Positions 34,301 to 47,121 of a stretch of DNA of 61,720 bases are shown here, one piece after another. How positions within the stretch are numbered: the first letter of the stretch is position 1; every line of letters starts with the position of its first letter. The DNA is from Chlorokybus atmophyticus (Eukaryota; Plantae; Mesostigma and Chlorokybus algae): contig RHPI01000772.1 of assembly GCA_009103225.1 (NCBI GenBank), positions 163,500 through 225,219 on the forward strand, given 5' to 3'. The notes under the pieces are model-generated. The model was not told the DNA's origin. It did not search any database and worked only from the letters and a program-made list of their open reading frames with translations. The translations under genes and the position numbers were made by a program.

Positions 34301-35964
34301 ACAGTAGCCAAACCCCCTAGAACATGCACTCCTGCACCACCTCCGTTTACACTTACATAAGGCGCAGAGTTGCGTATGAAGTGTGAGTCTGACAGGATGA
34401 GTATCCCCTCAGAAATGAAGATCGCTCCTCCAGACTCAAAAACCTTATTTTCGGTAAATGTGCACCCTTGAATAGTAGCCAAACCTCCTAGAATATTCAC
34501 TCCTGCACCCAACTGCGGTACAACAAGGCATCAATCTCTGTCGCCCTACAGTTGTCAAAAATTATTGAAAAGAAGAAGCCGCGGTCACAGCTCATGACAT
34601 GACATGACTGGGTAAAGCGGCTCGCACTGAAAATCAATGATCCTGCGCTTTGTATAGCAATGTTGGTATTGTCAGTGAGATTGCTGCTATCAACAATCAC
34701 CATCGCCGATTGCTGCAATGTTGGCAACGATGGCATCAGAATTTTACAACTGTGACGCAAGTTGGAAAGCTACTCAAGCCACTTACCAATGCTGTGTTAT
34801 TGGCAAACTTCGAGTTTTGTATTGACAGTGTGCCGTTGCCAATCCAAAGTGCACCACCCACAGATGCACTGTTTTGCCGGAAGTTGCATCCGGTAACATT
34901 CATGCGCCCCTCCACATTGGCGACAACGCATCCAGTTGCCTGCAGAATAATGATAGTGAGTGTTGGAACTAACAGACACGCAATTGGTCAGTGCTGCGCA
35001 ATGTTCCAAAGGTGCGCTGCTACCAGACTGTGCCTTGTAACAGCTGCCAGAAAACTATGTTTTGATACTCCCACACAACACACAGCCAAGCACGTAAGGC
35101 GAACACACCCCATCACCCGATGACATGTACACATGCCCTCAGCTCACCGGTGCGCTAGCATTGTTGCCCAGAAACTCAGATGTGTCCAGCACTGCGGTTC
35201 CTGTGTTGTACAGTGCTGCAGCCCCTGCGCCAGTCTGCAAGAAGCAAGAATTATACAATAGCCAAAGGACATGTTTGTATGAGAAACAGCAACACTGCAA
35301 CAACTGTACCGAAAATTGCTGGGAGATGCGCAAAAATGAACACCGCACAATGCTAATTGTTCCTGCATTGACAATGGCCGCAGATGATGAAGCCTGCACA
35401 CAGGAATCAAAGCCTGTTGTCAAAGCAAAGCACACTTGCAATCACTAGTGGTCTAATTGGTGTAAAAACCCCTGAGCACAACAATGCACACTCACCCTTG
35501 TCAAGTTGAAGCCAGAAAGTTGAAGGTCCTGGAGTTGGAGGTTACCAGCTGCGACGACCAACAGCACCGCACCACCGCCGCTGCTTCTAAGCACCCGCTG
35601 CGGCTGCTGCCTATCTCCTCTGATGATGATACTGGATCGCACTGTCAACGTCTCAGCTGTGACAATGTCCGCAACCACCACAACCTCCTGGACAGAACCA
35701 TCAGCAAGAGCGACCGCCAACTGGCTGCTGGAAGAGGCCTTCACTGCAAGCACAGGCGTAACATGGAAGTGTTTTCAGAAGTTGTGCGCAACAGGCAAAG
35801 AAAACTGCGCACAAGATCAGAATTGTGATCAGGGTCCTCAAAGCCTGTCCCGCATTACCTGTTTGTGCTGCTGCGGAGTGGAAAGCGGCTGCTACTTGCA
35901 ACAGGAGCGTGCAGAGCAGCAGAAACCTGCCCTGTGGAGAAGCAACCCCGCTTTGAGCCATCAT
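28389..35964 (-). CDS. Multi-exon membrane protein: signal peptide, PMP-like GGA(I)/FxxN beta-helix repeats, Cys-rich region, multi-pass TM C-terminus
   Basis: Exon 1 (35859-35964) MMAQSG...FLLLCTLLLQVAAAFHSAAAQT followed by GTAATG. Repeats such as FTANNASLDGGAIYF, FTENKVFESGGAIFI and FISNSASESGGAINI. CEVCPVGADCLGG...GYWH...CREG.YAGNLCGVC. TM blocks VKVIITYIQV, WPAITKQLISLFAC, YGFLYTGYK...FWEFIV. Stop at 28389-28391. Internal exon boundaries are only partly resolved. Confidence 0.85.
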
Positions 35965-38900
35965 GATGCTGCACACAGAAATTGCCAGGTGTCGATCACA
36001 AAGCTTATGAACACACTGCATTGTCTCGTCTGCGTGTATGGGAGCAAGTCTCAAGCAGCAGAGTCACATGTGATAAGCTATTGACCAGCTGGCATGTCTT
36101 GCATGACTGCTTTCTGCTTGCTCCAGCTGTGACAAGACATGAACGCAGCCAAGTAAGCTGCACAAAGGCAACATAGGTGACGCAAACAGCACAAACCCGT
36201 TTGCTTGATTAGACATGCTAGGCGGACATGCTAACAGCTAACTACCATGCGCTTGGGCAATGCCATACCGTCGCAGCAAGCGGGCGCAATGAACGGACCA
36301 CCTTCAGGCATGTCCCATCCAACCTTCCATGTCCTCGTCACCACAACCTACCGCGCTGCCGTAAGCAAGACGGCACAACTCGCTGCAACCGCCGCCTGCA
36401 CCACCCGGCAGCACTGCTTCCAGCGATGACCAAGGGGCTGCATTGAAACCTGCCAGTACGCAGCAAACCCACCAGGCGCCCAACAGACAAACCAGCACCG
36501 CCTTCTCTCTGCACCACCAAAAACTCAAGCCTTAAGAACTTGGGCAATATGTATTACTAATTGCTTATATGTTAGGCTCTACTAATCATTCAGAATCACT
36601 GGTAGTGATGAGTTGACACTGCGCCCCGGTTTTATATATGATGCCGCCAGTGGGCCCCCAGTCTCCAGCCAGCGTTTTCTGGGACGAACCTCACACGCTC
36701 AAGCCCGTACATACGCACATGAATGTGGTCTAAAAGTTTCAGATTGAAACACATGCTTGGGGCACACCACGAGAACAGCCTGCGCGTGCCACTGGTGCAT
36801 GTAGGGTGCATGGGTGAATGTCGCGTAGCCTCAGTGCAGCGGCAGTGGCGGCGGTACCTGGATGGGACCCTGTGCCGACGTCGACAGCGACGACGGAGGC
36901 ACAGGCACGCGATGCTCGCCGCAGCTGCTTGGCTGCACTGGTTATAGGCATGGTTAGCAATATATGTGCATGAACACGCGTTGAGCCATGTTATAGAGTG
37001 TTGCGGCTGTTGACCATGTTTGATGACGCAGTAACTATAGCGTGTAATCAATTAGCGTTAAAGGGTAGAGTGGATCGGTTAAGGTGATTTAGGTTAGCAT
37101 TATTGTGTTGGTGGTAACCTCGGCATTCCTCACTAAATTTCGCAGCACGTACCGTGGTGTAAACGTTACATTATGTATTAAGTTTTTTAACGCTTAACTG
37201 CAGGTTGCTAGCCATATCGCACCATATTGCACCATATGTACTTCATATTGCAACATATTTGCTTCATGTTGCAACACATTAGAGATATTGTTTTGCCACC
37301 TTAAATAAGTGTTACATCTCAAATCATATGGGCCACATGCAACAATATGCCGGCATGTGCATCGTGCACATTGTGCTCATTATTAACATTCATTTGCATA
37401 TATTTTGAGCAGTTGCATGAAATGGGTATGTGCTTTGGACGGTTGAGATCTATATCTTACAGATCGAACAGCTGATAGATGATAAATGCCGCATAGCCAA
37501 TGAGCGGCATGCGGGCCGCGCAGCCCGGCAGTCGCGGGTGCCGCATGTGATGCCCTTGGGGGGTGAGGTTTGCGTGTGCCCCAATGCCGGCCGCCCCTCC
37601 CAATCAGCCGCACCGCTTGTTGTGTGTATACGAGATAGGACCCACGGCCCGTAATTCAGATGTTACCATGCTTTTTGATAATGGGTTAGGCTTGACGGCG
37701 TATTAAAATGTCAAATGCATTGACATTGATGATATTGCGCAATGTAGGGATTCAGTGGTGCCACAGCACTGTCAGCTGCAATTGTGAGGTAATGAATCCA
37801 TCCACGGAAATCGTACGCTTGATGGGTTCTTAACATCAGGCATTCCGTTACATAAATTGTTTCGAGGTTTAAACACGAGTATGAGTTACATTGAGTAAAT
37901 GATCGTGTCTGGTAGTTTAACAAGCTCAGCATGGCAATAATCTTATTAAATCGTGCTTAATTAACAATGTCATTGTGTTGCAATAACATTAACGTATTTA
38001 TGAGTCGACATTATTGCGTATAATACAAACGAAAACCAAACAATATTGGTTATGTGCATTTTTTTCTTATACTCATGAAAGTCTACAATAAACATTGCGG
38101 TGAGTGTACAATTGCATCAAACCTTATGTAATTCAAACACTGTAACAAGCATAGCATGGGCTATTAAATTAGCATGAACTGTGCTTAATTGACGATGTGA
38201 TTGCAATGTGTGCAAAGACAGTGATGCATTAATCAATTTGCCTATAGTACATCATCATTACCATTGTATTCCTCAACAACCATTGCGGCAATCATCTTAA
38301 ATCTTATGGTGTGCAAAATATAATATGTATATATACAATTAAAATAATGCTGGGCAAAGTCACATGCGATTACATTTTATTATTGATGTGACTTTTATTG
38401 CATAGCAAATTTTCACGCCAAAGTTATGCACTTTTGCAAACCACTATCAAGAATGTTGTAAATCATATATGGTGCAAATATTCGCATCAATGGAAATAAT
38501 GCAAGATTATTGGCCTTGCATATAGTTGCGTTAACAATATAATACGAAGTGACGTATGGTAAGTTACTCGTGCCTATACCTTAATTCGTAATGCACATGC
38601 AATTTGCATAAGTTTACAATTGCAAAGACGCTACACATTACTCAAAACGTAAAAGGAACATGTTTTCCATGGTATTATTCGTGTCGCACTACATTCCATT
38701 GTAAACATAATACATCTATGATGCACGGTAGCAATTGATTATCATTCATTCATGATATCATCATCGCTTGAATTTTGATACTGCTATATAGAAAAAAGCA
38801 CCGCATAAGTTTGTTTTTTGAACACTCTTATTAATTCAAAACATGTAAAATCCATATTCGCATTCGCGGTTAAAGCCAACACGCATAAATGCGTTATCAA

Positions 38901-41900
38901 AGATGCATGTACATAAGCTAAACATGATGTGGTAAAATGTATGTTATAAAAAGAACTTGAAGTAGCAATTCAACATATAATCATTACACATATGCAGCGT
39001 ATTTATTGTAATACCGCAAACATTAGATGCATGCAGATTGCGGTAATTCTGCCAGCGTATCAAATTTATTTTTATTTACAGTTACATCGTTGCTTCATGA
39101 AACGCTTGGATGCGAGAATAACTTATTGCACTAAGTAGTGCAATGAATTCGTACTGCATGTTTGCAATACGAATTAACAAAGTACACCGTATGCAAATTG
39201 TAATGCAATGCTATTCAAGTAATGATGATATGAGGCTTGTATCTTGAGAATCACAATCCACATCATTAGAATTCGACATACAGACAATAATTGTCAATGC
39301 GATTGCAATTGTCACTACGATGTGGTAAATACAAAGGTTCCAAGCAAACTAGCATTAACACTTATGTACTTCAATTGCGCAAATGTGCATGCATGCAAGT
39401 TCATGTTGTGTGGTCGCACAACAACTGGAGTCCATGCACACTCATTTACCACATAATATCACAATATATTGCAGATGCAATGTGCATGCACAAGCATGCG
39501 GGCTGGCCTAAGCCTGTTGTATGTTGTGCAATTTGCAATGTGCATATCACATATGTATAGTTGCGCAGCAGTAGGACCAACATTTGGGGGGGAAAGNNNN
39601 NNNNNNNNNNNNNNNNNNNNNNNNNNNNNNNNNNNNNNNNNNNNNNNNNNNNNNNNNNNNNNNNNNNNNNNNNNNNNNNNNNNNNNNNNNNNNNNNNNNN
39701 NNNNNNNNNNNNNNNNNNNNNNNNNNNNNNNNNNNNNNNNNNNNNNNNNNNNNNNNNNNNNNNNNNNNNNNNNNNNNNNNNNNNNNNNNNNNNNNNNNNN
39801 NNNNNNNNNNNNNNAATGTGGGCAGTAACTTGGGCTTGGTTGATGAATGCTACTCGACGTGCCACATGTGCAAACCCAAAGTGTTGGCAGCAATTCATCA
39901 ATCAACCAATCGATCATTGACTGCTTAGTTCATGCTGAACTTGAAGATCACAGCGCTGGCATGCATACATGCTTGCGCTACTCATCAGATCCAAAAGAAG
40001 GTGGTTGAAAATCTGGTGGAACGTCTCTTTGATTGCAGTTCACAAAACAAGCACACACAAGTTTGTTCTGCACTGAGCTGCTACCACGCAGCACCTCGCA
40101 ATGTATTGCAGACATACTTGATCTCTCCCACCTGCCATGTCTCGTTCCAGGGATGCAGAGTAAGCGCTCATCAACGCTTGGGTTGCCAATTGATGGCGAC
40201 AGACTCTGTCACAGGGTTGGCGGTCAACCCTTTGTCTGCTGGGGGATTGTTGACTTTTTCTGGTTCATTGATTTTTGGGGATCCAGCCTGCATAGGCAGG
40301 TCATTGACTGTCAATTGCTGAGGCGGGAATGTATATGCTGGTACGCATGTGACTCGCACAACAGCAGATGAAGTGTGAGCTGCGCGACATTGTAAGCTAG
40401 CCATGCTGCGGCAACAAGCAACAACTGCTTGTCAAAGCGTGCATGGCTAGATTGCATTGACGTTTGTGCTACGTTGCATGAGCAGACAATGAGACTCTTG
40501 CATGTGCATGCAGAGGGGCAGGCAGCACTCCTCACGTGGGACGGACACACACTTACGCACAAACGCAGACTGTGCACGCGCACGCACGCGTGTCAGACTT
40601 GCCTTAATGCCTCTGTCAATAGCAGCGTTGGCCTCGTGGCCGGCTTGTCTGGTGGTAGCGGCAGCGTCAGCGGCAGCGTCGGTAGTCTTGGGAGCCTCCA
40701 TGGAAGCTGTGACACACGTGTAGGTGGAGACGGCTTCGGCGACGATGAAAGCAACCACTACGACGCTTGCCCTTACTGAATTGTCGGTAGGCCTATATAC
40801 AGCCAAGGATGCTGAATACTTGCAAAACAGGAGAATCACTTGCTGCTTGCCAAGTGCTTGGCAAGGCGCCTGTGCTGCGGCGCTTAACAGTCGGAACGCC
40901 AAGGCGCTCGGCCCCTGCTGTCCTTGCTGCCTGAAAGTCGCTAATTTGTGACGGCTGTCGATTGGGTCAGTCCCGCTGTCGACGTCGTTTATGGTTTTGT
41001 GTCGGTCTTCTCGTGTGATGGTCGCCGTCGACTGTCGGTGCGCGGTGACGTTGTCAGTCGGTCAGTTGCGGTGATGTGTGTTGGTTGCTGTCGGTGAATG
41101 TCGATGGCTGTCGACGTGCGTGTTGACGTCGGTTCTCTTGTTCTTGGCACCCACATCCTCCACACCAGCTGATGCACCCCCCGGCGTTGCATCTATGCGC
41201 CCACTGAATTCAAATAATCACACTACAAGCGTCGTCACTGCAACGGTCGACATCGATGGACGACAATAGCCGTTCGCAAACACTGACAGTTGAGACTTCG
41301 GTCATCGACACAGGACGCAGGTCAACATTGACAGAGAGCCAACTGTCAACGACGACTGCACGCTGCCTGTCTCAGCCCGACTACGTCGACAACGGCATGA
41401 TTCGCGCAGTCGAACGCGATTCTTAAGCAGCAAGGAAAGTGGCCTTGGCGTTCCGACTGTTAAGAGCCCGTGCGTACATTTAAGCCTACTGGTACTGCTG
41501 ATTTTGAGCCGCGCCCAAAACATTCATGTTACCAGTGGTAACATCCCACGCATACGCGTTCAGCTTGTCAGCCGGTACAGCGCATCTCAGTAACATGCCT
41601 TAATTTTGCCTGACTTTTGTCGGCGTGTGTGTTATGACTGGTGACTGTACAGTATAAGATGACATATCAAGCCGCTTTCTGCACCTGGGCCTAGGCAGGG
41701 CCGCTCGCAACTTCAGTCAGATTCACCGCGTGGATGTGCAGAGATTTGCTAAGCAACGCGCAATAAAGATTGCACACTTGCCCAGCAAGTCCGCAGGGCG
41801 ATCCGCCGCGGCCGCAGCACCATCGAACGGTCCCCGTTCGCTAGGGTTCGCGGTCTGCCGGTTTTCGTTCGCAGTTAAGTCTTCCCTCGTTGAGAGACTC

Positions 41901-42136
41901 GCTTCCACCAACGCCGTTACATTACATGTAATCACAACACAGTCACACAATACTACACAAGGGCACTAAAGAGGGCTAGCACAAAGGTGGTCAGTGCTGC
42001 AAGTCATGGTAGTCCGGTTTGTGAAAGTTGTATGAATTTGTTGCGCTGACGCAGTCATTGAGAGGGACCAGTTATAATGTATTTATGTAATTGTTGTGTG
42101 TGCATATACATGCAAGCTATATTGACCGTCATTGTG

Positions 42137-42314
42137 ACGGGGCCATTGTATTACATAAAGATTGCACCCACATTGTGATGTTGTGTATGATGTGTTTATG
42201 TACTTGCGTCTGTTCGACTGCGCGTACGGGGCCATTGTATTACATAAAGATTGCACCCACATTGTGATGTTGTGTATGATGTGTTTATATACTTGCGTCT
42301 GTTCGACTGCGCGT
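42137..42314. repeat. Tandem duplication, 89-bp unit x2
   Basis: ACGGGGCCATTGTATTAC...TTCGACTGCGCGT at 42137 and 42226. Confidence 0.9.
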
Positions 42315-45300
42315 ACAATACATTTCTGGTTTAAATATCACCGCGAGCCAAAATATGAGGTGCAATGTAATTGTGGTTAAACGAGCACATGTTTGTCGCG
42401 AAATGGGGGGTTTGCGTATGTAAAGTGCTTTGCATGTGAAGTTTTACAATGTGTGATGGCGGTATGTCTGTTAACGTGTTTACAGCTTGTTTTTACCACT
42501 GAACTGACACAATTGAACGAATTATGTAAAGAAGATGTAGTAAATTTATATTACTACACACACACACACACACACACACACACGGTGACTTCAATAGTAA
42601 CATGCTGGATTCAACACATTCGTATTAATACCATGCTTGTAATGACACAATAAAAAGCGACTTATGTAAAAAGATGTATTAACTTAATAGTGGTTATCAC
42701 TTGATAATTGCGCGCGCGCGCACACACATGCGATTTGTGTTATACTGTACACATATATAGACGATGTATTCGATAGCAAAAATATGCACATAAAAAATCA
42801 ATACACTTGCTTCTTACATGAGTCGTTTTCAATTGTATCATTGCAAGCACGGTAACAGAGATGCCGGCCATTACGTATTGTGAAAACCGTTTGATTTTTT
42901 TGCAATGCACTTCACATACGGAACCTTTCGACTCGGATATATTGGATATAGCATAAATGTGCACATTGAACTTATACTATGATACAAAATTACACCCCAC
43001 CCCATGTCTTTGCACGCGGTCGTATGTGTAAACCGAATGTGTACCATGTGCACGCGCAGTCGAACAACTGGAAGCACATAGACACTGTGGCACATCACAA
43101 ATAATATTTTAACCCGAATGTAACAACCAATAGGTCATTATAGCAAAAGTGTTGCAATGAGGAGAGGCGTCAAGGGCTAATGATTGTTATATTAGTCACC
43201 ACGTGACACTGAACGCAATTCGTCCTGTGCGATGCAATAGCCCCATAGGTATAACCTTCGTCAATATAGCCAACCACAGCCTGAAGGCGGGCATGCCAAC
43301 CTCTATGGTGATGACCAACCGTTTAGCAATGGCTCACACCATGCAATAGCCCGTACTATCGTACTGCGGTAATCAAGCCGTTTGTTAATGGCTCACACCA
43401 TGCAATAGCCCCGTCGAGTATATGCATGGTGATGCCGTCATTATAGTCCACCACAGAGGGCGAGCATGCTAACATTTCAAAGATCATTTGTTGGTGACTC
43501 TGTTGTGGCGATCAAGCTGTCTATCAGTGGCTCAGCTATGCGTAGACGTGTGGGTCACTCCATGCGTACACATACAACAGCAGTGGATAGGTAATCATGC
43601 TCTTATAAATAATCAATGCGGGCAACCATTGGTATGTGCCATATAGTATTTTAGCTAAATATATACACGTTAAGCGCGTGCAAATTAAGTGGGGGGGAGT
43701 AGCATGCGTAGGCAAAGGTTGACCACAAACAATTTGTAGTGCAATGAGGCCGGTTAGGTCGAGTAGGCAGTAACTCTCATGCAAAGCACGTGTAAAGGCA
43801 TGGACAACTTAGGCCAAGGCGGAGAGGTGTATATATCATTTTGCGGCGCTTGCCAACAATGCGTGATACTACGACATAGTTGATGACATAAACCGTCACA
43901 TTGTGAAAACAAAGCACTTGCCACATTTAGTCCCTTACTGTTATTTAATGCGTCGCATGACAAGGGTGGCGGCACGATTGGTGTGCGGTGTAAAGCTCGC
44001 CTAACATGCGGATTGTCACGTCACAGCGAGTCATATAACTCAATTGCATAAGCAAAGACTGTAGCAAGTGAGTCACATGCACACAACCAACAGCACCAAT
44101 TGGCTAGCAATAGGCAAGCAACACTTGGGGAGCACAGCGTGCAAGTTGGTGGTTAGCCAAGGCAATGGCAATATTGCATAAGGAGCTAGTGACTTAAATC
44201 TAAGCAATTCCATGTAATTGTGCAGTTCATTTATTCGCAAGCACGTACATGTATGCATAGATGTGCGTGTACATACAATGCGGCGTGCGTATGGCGTGTA
44301 GCACAATCCGGGGGAACACTTTGTGCAAATGGCTTGGGCGTCAACTTTTGCTAAAATAGGCTTCAGATAGGCCAAAAGCAGCTATGATCACGCTTTTTAT
44401 AAGACTTCCCAGCAAGCCGTCCCAATTGCCAAGAAGCTTTCATACCTGTGAGAGAGTGCAGCGTCTGCCGTGCGTGCAGTGTTTCTCATTGTGTGTGATC
44501 TTAATTGCAGCATGGGCACGGTGTGAAAAGTTACCGTCCAAGTATGGCATTACTTGTTGCTGCATCCATTCACCTCACTGAACAGTTAACAAACCCATTT
44601 CACTCACGCAAGGTTCTGTAGTTACAGCGCTACCTTCAGTAGTGGCTTGTTGACTCATATTTTTACCCACCTTTGCTCAAGTGAGTGCGTGTAATCCCAA
44701 AAGCTGCTTATATCCTCGCAATAATAAATAACTGTCCGCACTGGGTGACCTCATTATTTGCTTGCACCTAGCGCACTATCAGTCGCTGGTGTGTGAGGTA
44801 ATGTGCAAGTGATTCACCAATAGAGCATACACACATTGGGATGCATACACTATCTCATCGTGCATCTGCATGATTAAGAACCCAGTCCTCCGGAGCCCAC
44901 TAGCTCAAAACTACGATGGCCCTGTTTAGAGGGAACTATCTGAGGAAAGCCCTAGCGACCTCGTCGGCTGGACACGATTCTGAGCCTCATTATACTGGAG
45001 GCGTTCGAGCTATACATGACTTGCCTGCAAGGCAAGGCTTTACTCTATGTGCATCCATAACCGGCTTCGCTAAACGTTGCGTCTATAGCTTATGCATGTG
45101 CAATCGATCAACAGCAATGCACCTACCTATGAGCACGGCTTGCTCGCAACCTACGACCAAGCCGTGCTCACAGGTAGGTGCATTGCTGATGAGCGATTAG
45201 TCAGCGGCAAACCATGCAGTAACTCACATGCTATTTATCGTCCTCATGATGCTCCACATTGTCCTCCTCCTCCCCCGCTTACTTGCACACAACCTCATTG

Positions 45301-47121
45301 CCGCCAGTGCTAAGCGTTCAGCACAAGCACGCACACTGCGACGAGCAGCTGAAACCCACAGCCGGGCATCGCTGCTCTACCACCGCTTAAGGTGTTAAAG
45401 ACTTGCGTTCAGTACAGGCATGCACACTCTAAACAGCCACAGATTTCCGCACCTGGGCAACTTAGCTGATAGTCCTACTGGTAGGGTTTTCGGCAAAGCG
45501 GCGGCAACATTGCTGGCGTTGTCGCCGGGGTGGTTGGCGTAAGCAGCAAAGTGTGCTGAGGCTGCAGACGAGAACGCTAGCGGCGACTCTGAGTCTGAAA
45601 AGAAGGTTCGCAATGTTGGGCAACTTGTTTCATCCTCGCTAGGTGTACGCACATGCATGTATGAGCATGCGCACAGAGGCTGGTGTGAATGTACATGCAC
45701 GCACATGTAGAATATGCAGTCGTTGGGCTGTAGTTAGTTTTCAACAACACTACGCCTTGCCCTGTGCAGGTTGGTTTGCAACTGGTGGGTCCGCAAACCC
45801 AGTGGCTGCTGGGTTTGCCATGACGCACTCGTAGCTCAAGCGCGCGGGCCTCAACCACTGGCCATACGTGTTACAGCACTCATCCATCGTTCTATTGATG
45901 TACCTTTAATGTAATGTGCTGCCAATAAAAATTGTCTTGTAGTTACCTTTGCATCGAGGGCACGACAGCTGGCAGGCCTCTAATGCTTACTATGCAGCCA
46001 AGGATTACGAGGGTCCTTGGGTTTGGTTCGTGCATGACAATAAACTACACAATACAGAAAAAACTGCCTAATTTGTATGGTGTGTTTGTCGCGCAATGAT
46101 GTAAGTCTCTTACCTTGCCTTTCTGCACAGAAAATGCACTTTCGATCCGGCAATTGGCTTTTGTACTTGGCTGCAGATGAGACAGGTTGCTAAAGAAGCG
46201 CTAGGATGCTGTTGCAACGGACGTGACAAAGGTGATATATGCATGCGCACATGCAAGTGTGCGCATGTGCGCGCAAGCATATGCGCATGTATGTGTGCTT
46301 GATTGCACATACGTGTGCGCATGTGTGTCCGTATGTGCATGTCAGCATATGCATGGCCGCACGTATGTACATGTCCTTACCTGCGCCTATGTGCATGTGC
46401 CCCTGTGTGCTCTCGCATGGCTCTGTGCCCCTGCTGCATACCCTCACATGCGCCCAACTCACAACCCCACCAACCCTTTATCACCCCCTCTTCCCCTAGC
46501 CTGTTAAGCCTTTGAAGGCTGCACTTGGAAATGCAGGCCATTTGGGTTTTCCCAAGCCACACCAGAATAGAAAGCTGTTCAAGCCTCCTGACTGAGTGAT
46601 TCTAAAAAGTGACTTTAGTAATACTTATAATGTCGCCTCCCGTACTTAATACTACTACTATACATTTGAGGCGCACACGTGCAGAGGCACACGTGCAATT
46701 GTATGCTTGCATCTCAGTAACCAACCTCCCCATGCATATATTAATACATCACACGCACACACTACTACGTTTGGGTTGATTGAAATAGGTCCAGCAAACT
46801 AAACAATGAACTTCTCTTTTTGCAAGTGTTTTGCAAGCACGACATCCACTCCACACTTTTCACCATAGTCTCGGGCATCCTCGTTGGCATGTTAAATTGC
46901 TGCATCACGCTTATAACAATGGACAACAACTGGATGGTGTTGCAGCGCTGCTGGTGGCACCCACAACAAGCATGACAGCAAGCTTGTGCCTTGTGGGAAG
47001 CACCGCAGCGAGTCCTATCGTATGTGACTTCGCTGTAACGGAGTGCTACCGCTATGCGGTTCCCCGCCCTTATTTAATGAGAATAAGGGTCCCAACGGGA
47101 TAAACACAGCCATTAGAGTCG

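Noticed and set aside
36600-39596. AT-rich stretch as an organellar or viral insertion
   Set aside because: No recognisable ORFs or RNA genes; consistent with intergenic DNA.
46110-46515. H/M/C/A-rich ORFs (also 303-900, 7051-7276 and 20681-20977)
   Set aside because: They are translations of alternating purine-pyrimidine low-complexity DNA (TGCA, CACA, TATA).
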